A stretch of 64,000 nt of DNA from Octopus vulgaris (taxonomy: Eukaryota): the NCBI GenBank assembly GCA_951406725.2, contig OX597819.1:100874001-100938000 (forward strand), in the 5' to 3' direction. Both the position numbers and the translations under genes were made by a program. Numbering within the stretch: position 1 is the first letter of the stretch; every line of letters starts with the position of its first letter. This document shows, piece after piece, positions 1 through 12,790 of the stretch. The notes under the pieces are model-generated. The model saw nothing but the letters and a program-made list of their open reading frames with translations, was not told the origin of the DNA and made no database searches.

Positions 1-14
1 CAACATATGCACCT

Positions 15-340
15 ATGCGAGGGCGTTGCTGTGTGGTACGAAGCTTGCTTCCCAATCACGTGTCTTCTAATATAACGGCGGTTCGACCAAAGCCTTGTGA
101 ATGTATTTAGTAGACGGAAACTTAAAGAAACCTGTCGTATATGTGTACATGTGTGTGTATGTGTTTTCCGTTCTTGTTCCCGACCAACGCTTGACAAGCG
201 GATTTGGTGTGTTCACGTGCCTGTAACTTAGTGGTTCAGCAAAATACCGATAGAATATGTACCAAGTTTTACTAAAAATAAGTTCTTTGGGGCAGTGCTC
301 CAGTATGGCTGCAGTTTAAGGAATTAAAACAAGTAAAATA
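15..340 (+). mobile_element. Degraded tRNA-derived SINE, family A (internal deletion)
   Basis: Collinear with the intact copies at 23422 and 55370: ctgtgtggt..aagcttgctt head, gaccaaagccttgtga..gtagacggaaact body, gtgctccagtatggctgcag..aaacaagtaaaa tail. Confidence 0.8.
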
Positions 341-1284
341 TTGAAAATTATTTGTTCAATATTTGAACATTTTGCTCTAAAATGGAATTGTATTTTTAGT
401 TTAACTGATAAATAATGTTATATTCCTAATTCAAATAATAGGCGATAGTCGGTTTTTGTTCTTGCGCAGGTTCTAATCCTAGCCTATAACTGAATTCATA
501 ATTTATTTTGTTTCTTATATATTTTACCATAGGCTTCTCAGCGTAAAAAAAAGATATATCGTTGGCACAAAGGATTTTAATCAATACTGAACTACACAGT
601 AAAATACTTGATCATAAACATGTTCTTCTACGCGTCAATATCCCACGATGTATCTGAGTTGATCTAGGTTACGGCATTTCGTTATTTTGTACATGTTTTA
701 ATTTTCTTTTCCAGGAGGGAAAAATTCTGCTTGATGGGTAGATGTTTCTTATCAACATTACGATCTAGTTGGAGTTAATTTGCATCTAGAATGTCGTACT
801 AGTTAGCAATCAAGATCACACGTAACATGTTCGAATTCCGTTTACTCTGTGACAAGAGTACTATTTCATTCTATATATTATAATTTACTAATCTTAAAGC
901 TGTGATCATCTAACAGTTGATTATCTATTTTCTGATGTAAGTAACCGATGTTCAAATCTTGGTCTCACCACTGGAAGTATTTTGTAAATATTTTACATAA
1001 CACTATTCGAAGTGTCTAAAAAAGCTATGGAAAAAGGTTATAGTTTTCCCTACAACGTCTTATATGGCAAATCATTCAAATATACCCATATTATAGCTGG
1101 GTTTAGTGTATAATTTTGATTTCGAATTCTTGTTACAGACTGAAGTACTGTTTTGTTTTATTAATTTTTACTGCATCAGATTCTATTGCGTAAAATATTC
1201 AGGTTAATATACCTAATTCAGCTAGTTATTTATACGTTATTATTTTATTGGTTAGCATGGTGCACTCTTCATATATCAGTTTCA

Positions 1285-1490
1285 AATTTAGGCACAAGTG
1301 CAGGAATTACAGGGAAGAGAATAATTTTTTTACATCGACTCCAATGTTCAACTGGTACTTATTTTATCGTCTCCGAAAACATGACAGGCAAAGCTGACTT
1401 CAGCCGAATTTGAATTCATTGCGTCAAAGGAGACGAAATGCTGCTAATTGTTTTGCTCGGCGTGTTAACGATTCTGCTTGCTCGGTACCT
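1285..1490 (-). mobile_element. Degraded SINE, family B (Nin-domain-like)
   Basis: Reverse complement of the 11754 copy: actggtacttattttatcg..aggcaaagctgacttcagccgaatttgaatt..cggcgtgttaacgattctgc. Confidence 0.75.
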
Positions 1491-1899
1491 TACACACTCT
1501 GTTGATATATCATGACTTGTTCGAACTCACGTCATAATATTAAACGCGTGTCGAAATGAATTTACTTCACAAAAATATGCAACCAGTAATGAAAATAAAT
1601 AAACATTCGATAAATCCGGACTCCATGTTTGCATAATTTGGTAAACTGCATCTACCAACATTATGAAGTAACTCCGAGCCTCCAGAAACGGCTGTCGGAT
1701 TTGTAACACCATACCTTCTCCTTTTTGATTTTCTGTGTGTTTGTACTCTGTGTTAGTTTTCTCTGTAAATTTATACTTGAATATTCGCCATCTGAAAATT
1801 TCAGCCTTTTCCTTCTTTCTCGTTACATGTATACAGGTATATATATTTTCTATATCTAACCCAAGTAACTTTATTTGTTTTCTTGCATCTCCAGGCTTC

Positions 1900-2478
1900 C
1901 GCCGCAAAAAACTGCGTGATGCAAACTTCAGGCATCAGTCTGCCGACCGGCGTCAGCCGCTGCAGACGTACTACCACGTGACACTTCTTTGTTTTGCAGC
2001 GCTTCTCCCCTGTTCGTCGACTTTTGCGATAGCTGAAACGAAGGCACAGCGTGCTTCTGTGAAATTCTGTTTTCTGCTGAGGAAAATGGCGGTCGGAACA
2101 ACTGCCATGCTTAAAACAGCTTACAAGGACGCTTGCTTACGGAAGATCAAAAGCAGTCAGGACTGAATGCGTGTCATGAACTGAAAGACCAGCTGGAAGT
2201 TGATATGGACCATTTTTCAAAGGTCATCGCTGATGGCGAAAGTTGGTGCTACGGAACTTGAAGATGTGGAAGGTGAGAATGAAAAAAAAACACGGAGGCG
2301 CTAAAAGGTATCATTTCACAAGAGTACCAGCACTGCTTCGAATAGTAGAAAACGCGTCTAGACCGACGCATTGCTTCAATTGGAGAATACTTTGAAGACG
2401 ACAGTGGTGAAAACATATAAATGTCAGTGAATAAAATAATATTGCGAAATTCCGGTTTCTTTTGGGTATCCCCATGTA
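1900..2478 (+). mobile_element. Internally deleted mariner transposon remnant
   Basis: Fragments QRASVKFCFLLRK..AMLKTAYKD (HTH), LTEDQKQSGLNACHEL..FSKVIADGESWCYG (first catalytic region) and EYQHCFE..RLDRRIASIGEYFEDD (C-terminus). TIR-like end ttccggtttctttttgggtatcccc at about 2450-2475. Confidence 0.85.
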
Positions 2479-3109
2479 CATAATGTCCTTGAGCAATATA
2501 TTTCACAATACGTTGCATTTGTTCAGTTATACTGATTACTAGCCGATTGCTGCTGCTGTCCGCTTTTCTCACTTTATTAGAGTACGATAAATACCGATCT
2601 GTGTCGACATGGTGCTGTCTATTTTAGCTCACTAGAGTACCAAACCAAGCTTAAATAGTTGACTGCCAACAAAATATTGCAGTTTTACCAATTGGAGTGG
2701 ATGCACACATCAATATTATATAGCTGCAACACTCTATGTTAATTCTTATACACACAAGCATACATAGACATACAACTTATCATACACTCATACGCACCTA
2801 TACACACGCGCGCAACCTCTAAAAGCGGACCATATTAAAATGGAATAACGTTAAATAAAATGAGGAATAGGATTCAAGCAAATATAAATTATATCAAATA
2901 GATTATATAAAAAACGGACAAAACGCCCACCTCCATCCAATGGACGGTACTGAGTTGTCAAACATTTAAACCAAATTTTCTCAAAACAACTTGTCCGACC
3001 GTCCCATATGCCTCCTCTTTGAGAGACACTGGTTTAACCTAAATTTGAGACACCAGCAAAAGAAGAAATAAAGATATATTTTTTCTATTCCAAGAAAAAA
3101 CGATTTTAC

Positions 3110-3299
3110 AAATGCACGTTTCCACGGCTTTATCGATCGCCTTCTCACTTGGAATCGATTTTTGTAATTTTTTTCAAGACTTATCCACGCCCTGATACCG
3201 TCGGTATCTACATATCAAATTTGAGCGCAATCGGATGGAGGATGCCAGAGATCCTTGAAGACACACACACAGACAGACAAAAACGGGTTTTATACAGAT
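3110..3299 (-). mobile_element. Helitron-like non-autonomous 5' end fragment
   Basis: Ends caaatttgagcgcaatcggatg..cacacacagacagacaaaaacgggttttatacagat, the same terminal layout as the Helitron at 61097-61731. Confidence 0.45.
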
Positions 3300-4329
3300 G
3301 TTCCAGCTTTATTGATAATATTTAATCCCAGTTTATCACAAACTAGGAGATTTATTATCAAAGATGTTCTTATTCTGATCTTTTTGCATATTACGATCTC
3401 GATTATTCCCTTCTGTGGAATTTGTGACAGAGTTGGCTGGTATGATATTTCTGACATATTCTGCAATTGTGCAGAGACCTCCTCTTTGGTTCGTATCAGT
3501 TAGATTCTGAATTACATCATCTTTCATGCTTTCTATGAATGGCTGTGTTTATTTTGTTTTGCTGCTTTTGGTGTATTTATTTTTGTTCTATATTTCCTTT
3601 TAATGTCTTGTTGCTTAAAGAAACATTATTCAACAATGTCTGTGGGAGGACGAATTGGTGGGAAATGCACATTTGGATTAAACTGTAGCACACATAGAAT
3701 TACGAAGGGGCGAGATAGAGTATCAGAAGGATTGAAGGGTGAGAGTGAATAAGGGTAAACGGGGTGGATAGAAGCAAACGGAACGTCGAGAATTAAAAGG
3801 CAAAACAAAAAGAAAAAAAATTTGAATTGTAGTTGTCTGTTAGTTTGTATTTGATGTACGACCGCCTGTGAATCTTATTGCGCGCGTATAGTCAGCTTTA
3901 GCACTTAGACACAAACATTATCACAGAAAGGCATATAGATATGCTCACACACACATAGACACACAGACATATGTTTTTGCGTGTGTGCGAATGTATGTAT
4001 GTGGGTAGGAGGCTAGATAGGTAGTTAAGTAGGTAGGTAATATATATGTACACAGATGCACACTCATATATACGCGTATTTATACCTGTTGTGTCTGTTA
4101 GATACATTATATATATATATCTTTAAAGTTGATACGTTCAGCGAGAGAATGGAAATAGTTTAAACGTTTAAACAGAAAAGACAAAAGGACTTGGAAACAT
4201 GATAATTGGACGTGGAAAAATAGCATGTGCTAATAGTAGGTGCATGTGGGTGAATAAGCTGATATAGTGGATAACACATGAGTATATGAATACCTACGTT
4301 CATGCAGTGATCTCTGCTTATAAATGATG

Positions 4330-4620
4330 TGACCCACAACTATGCTATCTCACATCTCTCTGACTTATGCGCTACTTTGTCCACTGATCAACAAACTGGC
4401 GAGAAACTTAGTTCCCCAATGCAGGAACCCTTGAGACACTCCTACCTCCACCACACATCACTATTGTTACATCCAACCTCCTCTTCAGCATCACCCTAGT
4501 ACCTATGCTGTATCGTTCCACTCCAGAACAATGGTCCTTTGCAATCTTCTGCTTGCTTATGTATTATCTGCAGCAGTTCACTTCCATCTTTTGAAACGAT
4601 GCATCGACAGTACCAAGTAC
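4330..4620 (+). mobile_element. Possible CR1/L2-type LINE ORF2 3' remnant
   Basis: SFHSRTMVLCNLL..VLSAAVHFHLLKRCID resembles the C-terminal SFFPRT..LWN.LP motif; highly decayed. Confidence 0.3.
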
Positions 4621-4993
4621 AGTAGTCTTGAAGAACTAAATACGCAAGCCAATGATCAAATAAATCTCAAACGTTAGCATACCGCTCTTTCCTTATTTGC
4701 ACGGGAGCCAGTGTTAAATGTATATTATCAAAAATGTAGAGCATGATTCCGAGAATTTTAGCTGCTATTTCTAAAAGGTTGAGCAACCATACAGCAGCTG
4801 CTTCTTTTGGTAGTTCAAGTTATTGTTGTTGTAGTTGCTGAATTTGATGTTGCTGTTGAGCGTGATGTCGGTTGTTTATTCGACAGTGTAAATAACTGCT
4901 TCTGGCGAAAAAAATTCTTCTTTTGATATTGCCTTTGAGACTTCTTACTTATATACATTCAACCATTCCACCATTCCATGAGGCTCCATTTGG

Positions 4994-5123
<130 letters not shown>

Positions 5124-5432
5124 TTTCCTATTTATGTTTGGTGCAGAGACTGCTGCTCCGCCCTTACGTTCTAAGTTGATATGCATCAAATGGAAATTGA
5201 AATTTAGCTTCGGAATAAAGAAGGATAGTGTGGATGTGAGTGTATATCGGTTCGTGTGTCTGGATGTGTGTGTTTGTGAATGCATGTGCATATATGCGTT
5301 TTTGCGTGTGTGTGTGTGGGAGGCGTGCATGTGCTAAGCGAAAACTTATCTGTACATACATAAGCATAATTATGACATGTTTGTATGCATATGTATGCAT
5401 GTGTTTATATATATATGTGTGTGTGTGTATGA

Positions 5433-5463
<31 letters not shown>

Positions 5464-5563
5464 TGACGGGAAGCTTTATGAAAATAGACAAAAGACGAAG
5501 GCAGGTGGGAAACAAACAAACAATTGTATTAGTATGGCGCTCAGGAAATATAAATAAAACAAG

Positions 5564-5601
5564 TCTTTAACGTTTCGAGCCTACGCTCTTCAACAGAAAG
5601 A
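5564..5601 (-). ncRNA. Minimal type I hammerhead ribozyme motif (core CUGUUGA)
   Basis: UCUUU-CUGUUGA-A-GAGC(GUAG)GCUC-GAA-ACGU-U-AAAGA: stem I UCUUU/AAAGA, stem II GAGC/GCUC, palindromic stem III. Confidence 0.7.
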
Positions 5602-5844
5602 TACACAGAGAGAAAAAAAACACAGAAAGAAGGAGAGAAAAAAATGCGTGCAGTAACTAACGAATCAACATGGCGATCTGATTCCGGCCAGAGGTCAAAG
5701 ATCAAACATGAGACGCGAGAGCGAAATAAGGGGAGATAATAGGGTTGATAATAGGGTTGAATGACCAGCTATTAGTGCGTAGGAGAGGTCTGGACGTGTG
5801 TATGTATAGGGTTGGTGTATGTATTAGTATGTACTAGTATGTAT

Positions 5845-5883
<39 letters not shown>

Positions 5884-6444
5884 AGAGAGTATTAGTGCGT
5901 ATGATAGGTCTGGACGTGCGTATGTATGGGGTTGGTGTATGTATTAGTATGTATTAGTATGTATTAGTACGTATTAGTATGTATAAGTGTGTGTGTGTGT
6001 GTATGAGAGAGTATAAGTGCGTATGAGAGGTCTGGACGTGTGTATGTATAGGGTTGGTGTATGTATTAGTATGTATTAGTATGTATTAGTACGTATTAGT
6101 ATGTATTAGTTGGTGTATGTATTAGTATGGCACATCATATATGATGTGATGTGTAAAGTCGTGTGGTGTAGTGTGGAGAGAGGAGAAGAGGGGGAGGGGG
6201 AAGGGAGGAGAGGGGGAGGGGAGGAGGGGGAGAGGGGGAGAGAGAGTAGGGAGAGGAGGAGGGGAGGAAGGAGGAAAGAGGGAGAGGGGGAGAGAGAAGG
6301 GGCGTGAGGGAGCAGAGGGAAGGGGAAGAGGGAAGGAGGGAGGGAGAAAGAGGGAAGAAGGGAAGAGGAGTAGGGCTGAAAGGATGAAGGAATGAAGAAG
6401 TAGGGGTCGGGGGGGAAGGATAGGTGAGGAGGGGGAGAGGGGGG

Positions 6445-6780
6445 TTAGATGAGGAGGGGGGGGGGGTAGTTGAGACCAAATGGCGTATAAGAGCGAAGAG
6501 AGAAGATTAATTCCTGTTCACGGCGCAAACGGGAATCCGGATGGCCTCTGTGTAAGGACAAACCGAACACAGATAGGTGTTGCAAGGTGTGACCGGTGAA
6601 GCGGAAATGGCGTGAGACCGGTGTGTCGTTCGCAAGGTGGATGTCACGAAGGTGTTCCGCGAACCGGTCAGCCAAGCGGCGTCCTGTTTGTCCGATGTAC
6701 AAGGAATGGCAGAGAGAGCAAGAGACGCAATAGATAATATTGCTGGAGGTGCAGGTGAAGGAGTGGATGATGGGATAGGG
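6445..6780 (-). pseudogene. PLE GIY-YIG endonuclease C-terminal fragment
   Basis: [69 protein letters not shown]: IIY/YIG motifs, CxxC, conserved R, H, E and GLN. 5'-truncated at (TA)n. Confidence 0.92.
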
Positions 6781-6879
6781 TCATATACATATATATATAC
6801 GTATATATATATAAATATAAAATATATATATATATATATACGTATATATATATATATATATATATTTACATATATATAC

Positions 6880-6950
<71 letters not shown>

Positions 6951-6953
<3 letters not shown>

Positions 6954-7291
6954 TACGGAGATGTACTTGCATAGCAAGCGACTTGATCTGAGATCGTGTG
7001 CTGGAATGAAAACAATTGCAGCGTGGAAGGTGTTTATAAGCCATTTAAGAAATACGCAAAACCGTTAGATTCACTTTAACATTTAAATTTGATTTGTCAA
7101 AATATTTTCGTCGCTTTGAGACCGCGACCTGTTCACTGACAAAGCTTCGATGCAGCACAAAGCTTTGTCAGTAAACAGGTCGCGATCTCAAAGCGACGAA
7201 AATATTTTGACAAATTAAATTTAAATGTTGAAATGAATCTAACGGTTTTGTGTGTTTCTTAAATGGCTTATAAACACCTTCCACGCTGCAA
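6951..7291. mobile_element. Fold-back pair of PLE-type termini, each with a G3-C8 hammerhead motif
   Basis: Arms of about 130 bp (7016-7146 and 7159-7291) are near-perfect reverse complements. Same family at 24970-25425. Confidence 0.85.
7093..7143 (-). ncRNA. Hammerhead ribozyme motif, G3-C8 core variant
   Basis: UUUGUCA-GUGAACA-G-GUCGC(9 nt)GCGAC-GAA-AAUAUU-U-UGACAAA: 7-bp stem I, 5-bp stem II, palindromic stem III. Confidence 0.7.
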
Positions 7292-7414
7292 GTGTGTCCT
7301 CATGGGGCTAAAAACTACAGTAGTATCCACCCTTAGGGGTTAGCCATATTGAAATGGCAAAAATACGACACGTTGTGTTACCGCTACTGTATATAACTCA
7401 CATTGATATTTATC

Positions 7415-7458
<44 letters not shown>

Positions 7459-8863
7459 CATACATACATACATACATACATACATACATACATACATACA
7501 TACATACCGATATATATAGAGATCAATAGAGAGGGAGAGAGAGAAACAGAGAGATATAGAGATAAATATATACTACAGAGGTAGCCGTATGAGTGAACAA
7601 ATGAAAGAAAGAGATACTCAGCACATTTAGTTTACGTGTATTATTTTAAAAAATAGTATGATTCGGCCCCGTTCGACTCACCGAGTGGAGACATATAGGA
7701 TCATCAGATATGTGTGTGTGTGTGTGTTTGGTATGAATGTCTGCATCGATATCGTTGTTAACCGTACCATTGAAATTGTTCGAATTAAAGTCATTAATAT
7801 CCGTTAAGTAGTCCGTTTCTTCTTTCATATATCCGGCTATATAACCGACATTTTTTTCTCCTTAATTCTTTTCCCGAGCTGCTGCGACTAATTTATTTAT
7901 ATCTATTATTTTACTTTTTCTGTCGGCAGGTTGTTTTTATCTGGCATCAATCCCTCTTTTTTGGTAGGTAAATATAATAAAATTATGTTTTAAAATGGTA
8001 AAAGCTCAGACCCGATGTCTTTACTAATAGGGATAATGTCCAAAGTGTTCCACATGGATTCCATCAAGAAAATTCTGCTAAAGAGAAGTTTTGTCTTTTT
8101 TTTTCTTCTTTTCTCTTCAGCTGTCATGGAAAAAAATTTCTTGGTGTGCAAAAAAGTACACTCGAATGAATAACAACAACAGCAACACCAAAACCATAAA
8201 GCTGGCGACGGCAATGAATATGATGATGACAACGTTGTTAATTAGATCAGGATGATGATGATGAAAATGAGATGATGTTTTATATTGGCACCACACCAGG
8301 AATGAATAATAAGAAAGAACAACCTATGGTATGGAATTTAGTAAATCATTGGTGCATTATTCTATTGACCCCGGAAAGAATGTGGGCCATATTCGAAACC
8401 TGGCGGCGCTTGGACAATAAATATATGTACTAAAATAAGGATAAATACGAATACTATCGCCACAAATATTATTTTAAAATGCTCCGTAAACGAATTAACA
8501 TGAGATGGATAAAGCTTGAAGACAAAGCATATTATGAAGGAAATATAAAAGGAACAGAAGGGATAATGAGTGAAATAATGCACGAATGAGAGGAAGAAAT
8601 AATAAAAAGAAAAGGAAAACGAGAAGGAATGAAAGAGAGTCGGTAGCAATTATAATTTTTCGCCTAACATCTGGATCTAATGGTTTTTAATGTTTATATT
8701 TTTCCTTTTATCTATATATGAGTTATATCGGCATCATTGGGGAAATAAATCTTTTACAGCTCTGTTTAGGCCTATCAGTTTTCTCAATAGAAAGCACGGC
8801 CCTGTTGCTTTTGCCCTCACCTCCCTCAGGTTCTTTCTCTGTATCTTCTTTCTCTCTCTGTCC

Positions 8864-9011
<148 letters not shown>

Positions 9012-9234
9012 CATACACATACATATATGCGTATATACTATATATATATATATATACATATATATATACATGTGTGTGTGCGAGTGCATATGTGTCTACA
9101 TAAATATATGACTATTCAAGTATTATTATTGTATGTATACATATATGCTTATAGACGGGTAGATGTGGATAAATATATATAGAAGATATGCTTGTATTTG
9201 TATGTATTCGTGTGCCTGTGTATCTATCTATTTA

Positions 9235-9269
<35 letters not shown>

Positions 9270-9632
9270 GAATAATTTTCTCACTGATTCTCTCTTTGTC
9301 ATTCGCTCTTTCTCTCTCTCTCCCACTCTCATTGACTCACACTCACATTTTATCTGTCTTTCTCTGCTTCCGCCACACTCTTTATCTCTATTTCTATTTC
9401 CACACTCAAGTGCAGCCATAAACAACACAAATACTTTCCACCATTTTGCATTTGCTTCAAAGTCCCGCCGTCACGTCTCTTGGCTGGGAGCATTTTTAGG
9501 ATTTTTTTGATTTATGTCGGTTTTCGCCTAAACACATACCTTCTGACATAGATATAGTGTTTGCTTACACTCATAAACTGAATCTTAAGCGTATATGCTA
9601 TACATAGTTAAATATTTGTTTGTGCTTATATT

Positions 9633-9679
<47 letters not shown>

Positions 9680-9791
9680 GCACTCAAACACACATATAGA
9701 TAGATAGACAGATATGTAGACATATATATATTTATATATGTAAAATATATGTTGATTGATACAGAGGAGAGATGTATAAATATATATGTAC

Positions 9792-9859
<68 letters not shown>

Positions 9860-10367
9860 AGAGAGAGAGTGGGAACGTACTATGTTTACACATACAAATC
9901 TACATTCTTATACTTGTATATATAAAGAGATGAATATACAAATATATTTAAATCTGCATTTGCATATAACTATGCATAATATACGAATGTATATGTGTGT
10001 GTGTGTATACTTTTTCGCGCGTATGTGTACGAATATAAATCTATAAAAAATGTATTCGTGTTTCCTTATTATATACGCTGTATTTTAGGGACTATTATAT
10101 ACTCAACGTCCTTATATATCGAAAGATACGTATCCAAGTACCTGCCTCTCTCTGCTTTTGTATATATATAAATATGTGTGTGTGAGTGTGCCCGTGCAGG
10201 TGTGTCCGTCCGTCTACATGCATATATATATATATACATACATACATACATACATATATATGTATATGTGTGTATATATACATCTTTATATATATGCATG
10301 TATATATATATGTGTGTGTGTATGTATATATCTATCTATCTATATTTCTATCTATCTGTATGTATGC

Positions 10368-10419
<52 letters not shown>

Positions 10420-11076
10420 GTGTATATGTATATAAATGTTTATGTATGTTTGTATATGTGTGTGTGTGTCTAAATGAATGTAAATACGTCTTACATATTT
10501 ACATTCATGCCTTATAGTATAAACAATCACGTAAACACACTTTCATGTGAACACACGCTACATGCAAACATACTCACACACACACAAATTCATAAACACG
10601 TTAATACATATACGTGCGTATTCTTGTGGGCGGGCGCATGTGTGATGATCAGTACGTGTTATTGTGTTTGTGCTTATATGTACGTGTGTGTAATCACATA
10701 AGCACTGACTACTTTCACATCATGATCAATACATTGAAATCCATAATTACGAATTTTGTATGCACTGACACGAATCGAACCCCGGTGGGTAAGACACCAT
10801 AGCACCATAGAAGCTCATTAATCACAAAGCCCTATTGGCTTTAACATTATCAGACTTCGTAGGATACAATTTAGCAAAATGGACTGATGTAAGAAGTAAC
10901 TAAACCGGCTGAAAATCCGAAAGTATGGACAGTAATTTAAAGAAGAAGAAGAAAAAAAACATGGCCAACCGGATATATTATAGATATGTGCATAAATACA
11001 GTTTGTCACAATCTATACGTGTATATGTATATATTTATATATATATGTATGCATGCACATATATGTAGTTTTTCTT

Positions 11077-11214
<138 letters not shown>

Positions 11215-11753
11215 GATACATGCATACATACATACATACATACATACATACATACATACATACATACATACATACATACACGTACATACATACATGTATA
11301 CACACACACAAATATATAGAGAGAGCGAAATAGATAAATAGATAGTTAGATTGATTGAAAGATAGATATATTCTTTTCTTCTTTTATACATTTCAGCTCT
11401 AAGTCATTGAATGTCAAGAGAACAGGAATCACGTTTTAAAATTCAATAGCTTACAGTGCTTTCTGCTGTAAGGAGCAGTACACCCATAATAGAGTGACTG
11501 TACCATATCCAGTAGCTTATTCGGAGCCATTGCAGAATACATAACATTACAATATGAAAAAAACATGACGATAACCGCTATATGCAAGCGAGAATTGCAT
11601 GTCGTGAGGTCATGTGCCATATCTGCAGTAATTATTTTACCTATCTACGTAGGTGCGAGTTGATGTTATCATTCTCTTGTTCATCTACACACTCTTCTCT
11701 AAAAGATGATTCAAATACAGGAAAAGAGCGATGAACAGGTACTATGGGAGCAA

Positions 11754-11983
11754 GGCGGCGAGCTGGCAGAAACGTTAGCACGCTGGGCGAAATGCGTAGC
11801 CGTATTTCGTCTGTCGTTACGTTGTGAGTTCAAATTCCGCCGAGGTCGACTTTGCCTTTCATCCTTTCGGTTTCGATAAATTAAGTACCAGTTACGCACT
11901 GGGGTCGATGTAATCGACATAATACCTATGTCTGTCCTTGTTTGTCCCCTCTGTGTTTAGCCCCTTGTGGGTAATAAAGAAGT
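11754..11983 (+). mobile_element. Full-length SINE, family B, with 17-bp target-site duplication
   Basis: tRNA-like head (tggcagaaacg, gagttcaaattcc), Nin-like core gaggtcgactttgcctttcatcctttcgg..aagtaccag. TSD aggtactatgggagcaa at 11737-11753 and 11984-12000. Confidence 0.92.
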
Positions 11984-12127
11984 AGGTACTATGGGAGCAA
12001 ACTTTTCAAATAATCAGCAATCCACCTGAATCAAGAAACAAACAATATGGTTATGAATTCAGCCCTATGAAATGTAGGTCACTTACAATTTTTCATCCAT
12101 CAATATATATCTACATGCATATGTAAG

Positions 12128-12790
12128 ATTTAAAAGAGAAAAATACGCACTCTTTACATATTTTAGTATAATTTTTAATATATCGACCGGTTTCGCTATC
12201 GCTATTCATGATATTATGTTTTACTTATTTGAATATGTATTTTCTGAAGAAGAAATTTTGTCCATGTTATGTGTGATGGTATCTACGAGTGAATGACTTC
12301 ACAACTAGAAAAGTAAGGGGAGGTAATTAGTTATCATTATTATTGTTATTGGTGTGAGTAAGGGAGATAACTGTCCGGTTTTCGGCAATGGGAGGGGAAT
12401 ATATATTACAGGCAATAACAGTTCCCGAAAATCTTGTTCATTGAGGGGATTTATGTAGTGATGCAATCGTGAATTGAAATATGTAAAAAAATAAAAGTTG
12501 GTTATGCGTGCATATTAAGACGTGTTCTGTATTTTTCAATGAAAACATTTTATTTAAACGTTCTTGTGGAGAGATTATGTCTTTGGACTGGTAGAAGGGT
12601 AAGACTATGAAATTTGGTTTGATGTTATCTGCACATTTTTCTATATGTTCACTGAGAGGAATTTGCCTGTATTGCGGGAAACGGATTTGCTCTTTATGTA
12701 GATAGGTTCACTTTCTCAAAGTCATACTCGTCTGTCCACACAATAAATAATAAGAATGCTACGTTATATCAGGTTACTACAGGTGATTGA
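12128..12790 (-). mobile_element. PLE 3' remnant: decayed GIY-YIG, 3' UTR and terminal HHR
   Basis: Minus strand from 12741 reads CGQTSMTLRK*TYLHKEQIRFPQYRQIPLSEHIEKCADNIKPNFIVLPFYQ, a GIY-YIG pattern (GQT..LR.R..H..I..P.S.H). HHR at 12180-12214. Confidence 0.8.
12180..12214 (-). ncRNA. Hammerhead ribozyme motif, A3-U8 core variant
   Basis: AUAUC-AUGAAUA-GC(GAUA)GC-GAA-ACCGGU-C-GAUAU: perfect 5-bp stem I, palindromic stem III, GUC cleavage triplet. Confidence 0.7.

Larger units (their letters stand above)
5464..6782 (-). mobile_element. 5'-truncated Penelope-like element (Neptune-like) inserted in (TA)n
   Basis: GIY-YIG coding end, pyrimidine-rich 3' UTR, ~120-bp internal tandem repeats, terminal HHR motif, and (TA)n on both flanks. 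The 3' part recurs inverted at 60425-61034. Confidence 0.9.

Noticed and set aside
702-743. Acceptor-like ttttcttttccag followed by EGKILLDG, resembling an ABC-transporter motif
   Set aside because: Only 8 residues, weak donor (gtagat), and no other ABC exons found in the window
3336-3527. ORF MKDDVIQNLTDTNQ.. as a possible LINE N-terminal fragment
   Set aside because: No diagnostic motif I can defend
5770-6130. Regularly spaced repeats resembling a CRISPR array
   Set aside because: Eukaryotic context, spacers are microsatellites, no cas genes; it is a PLE-internal minisatellite
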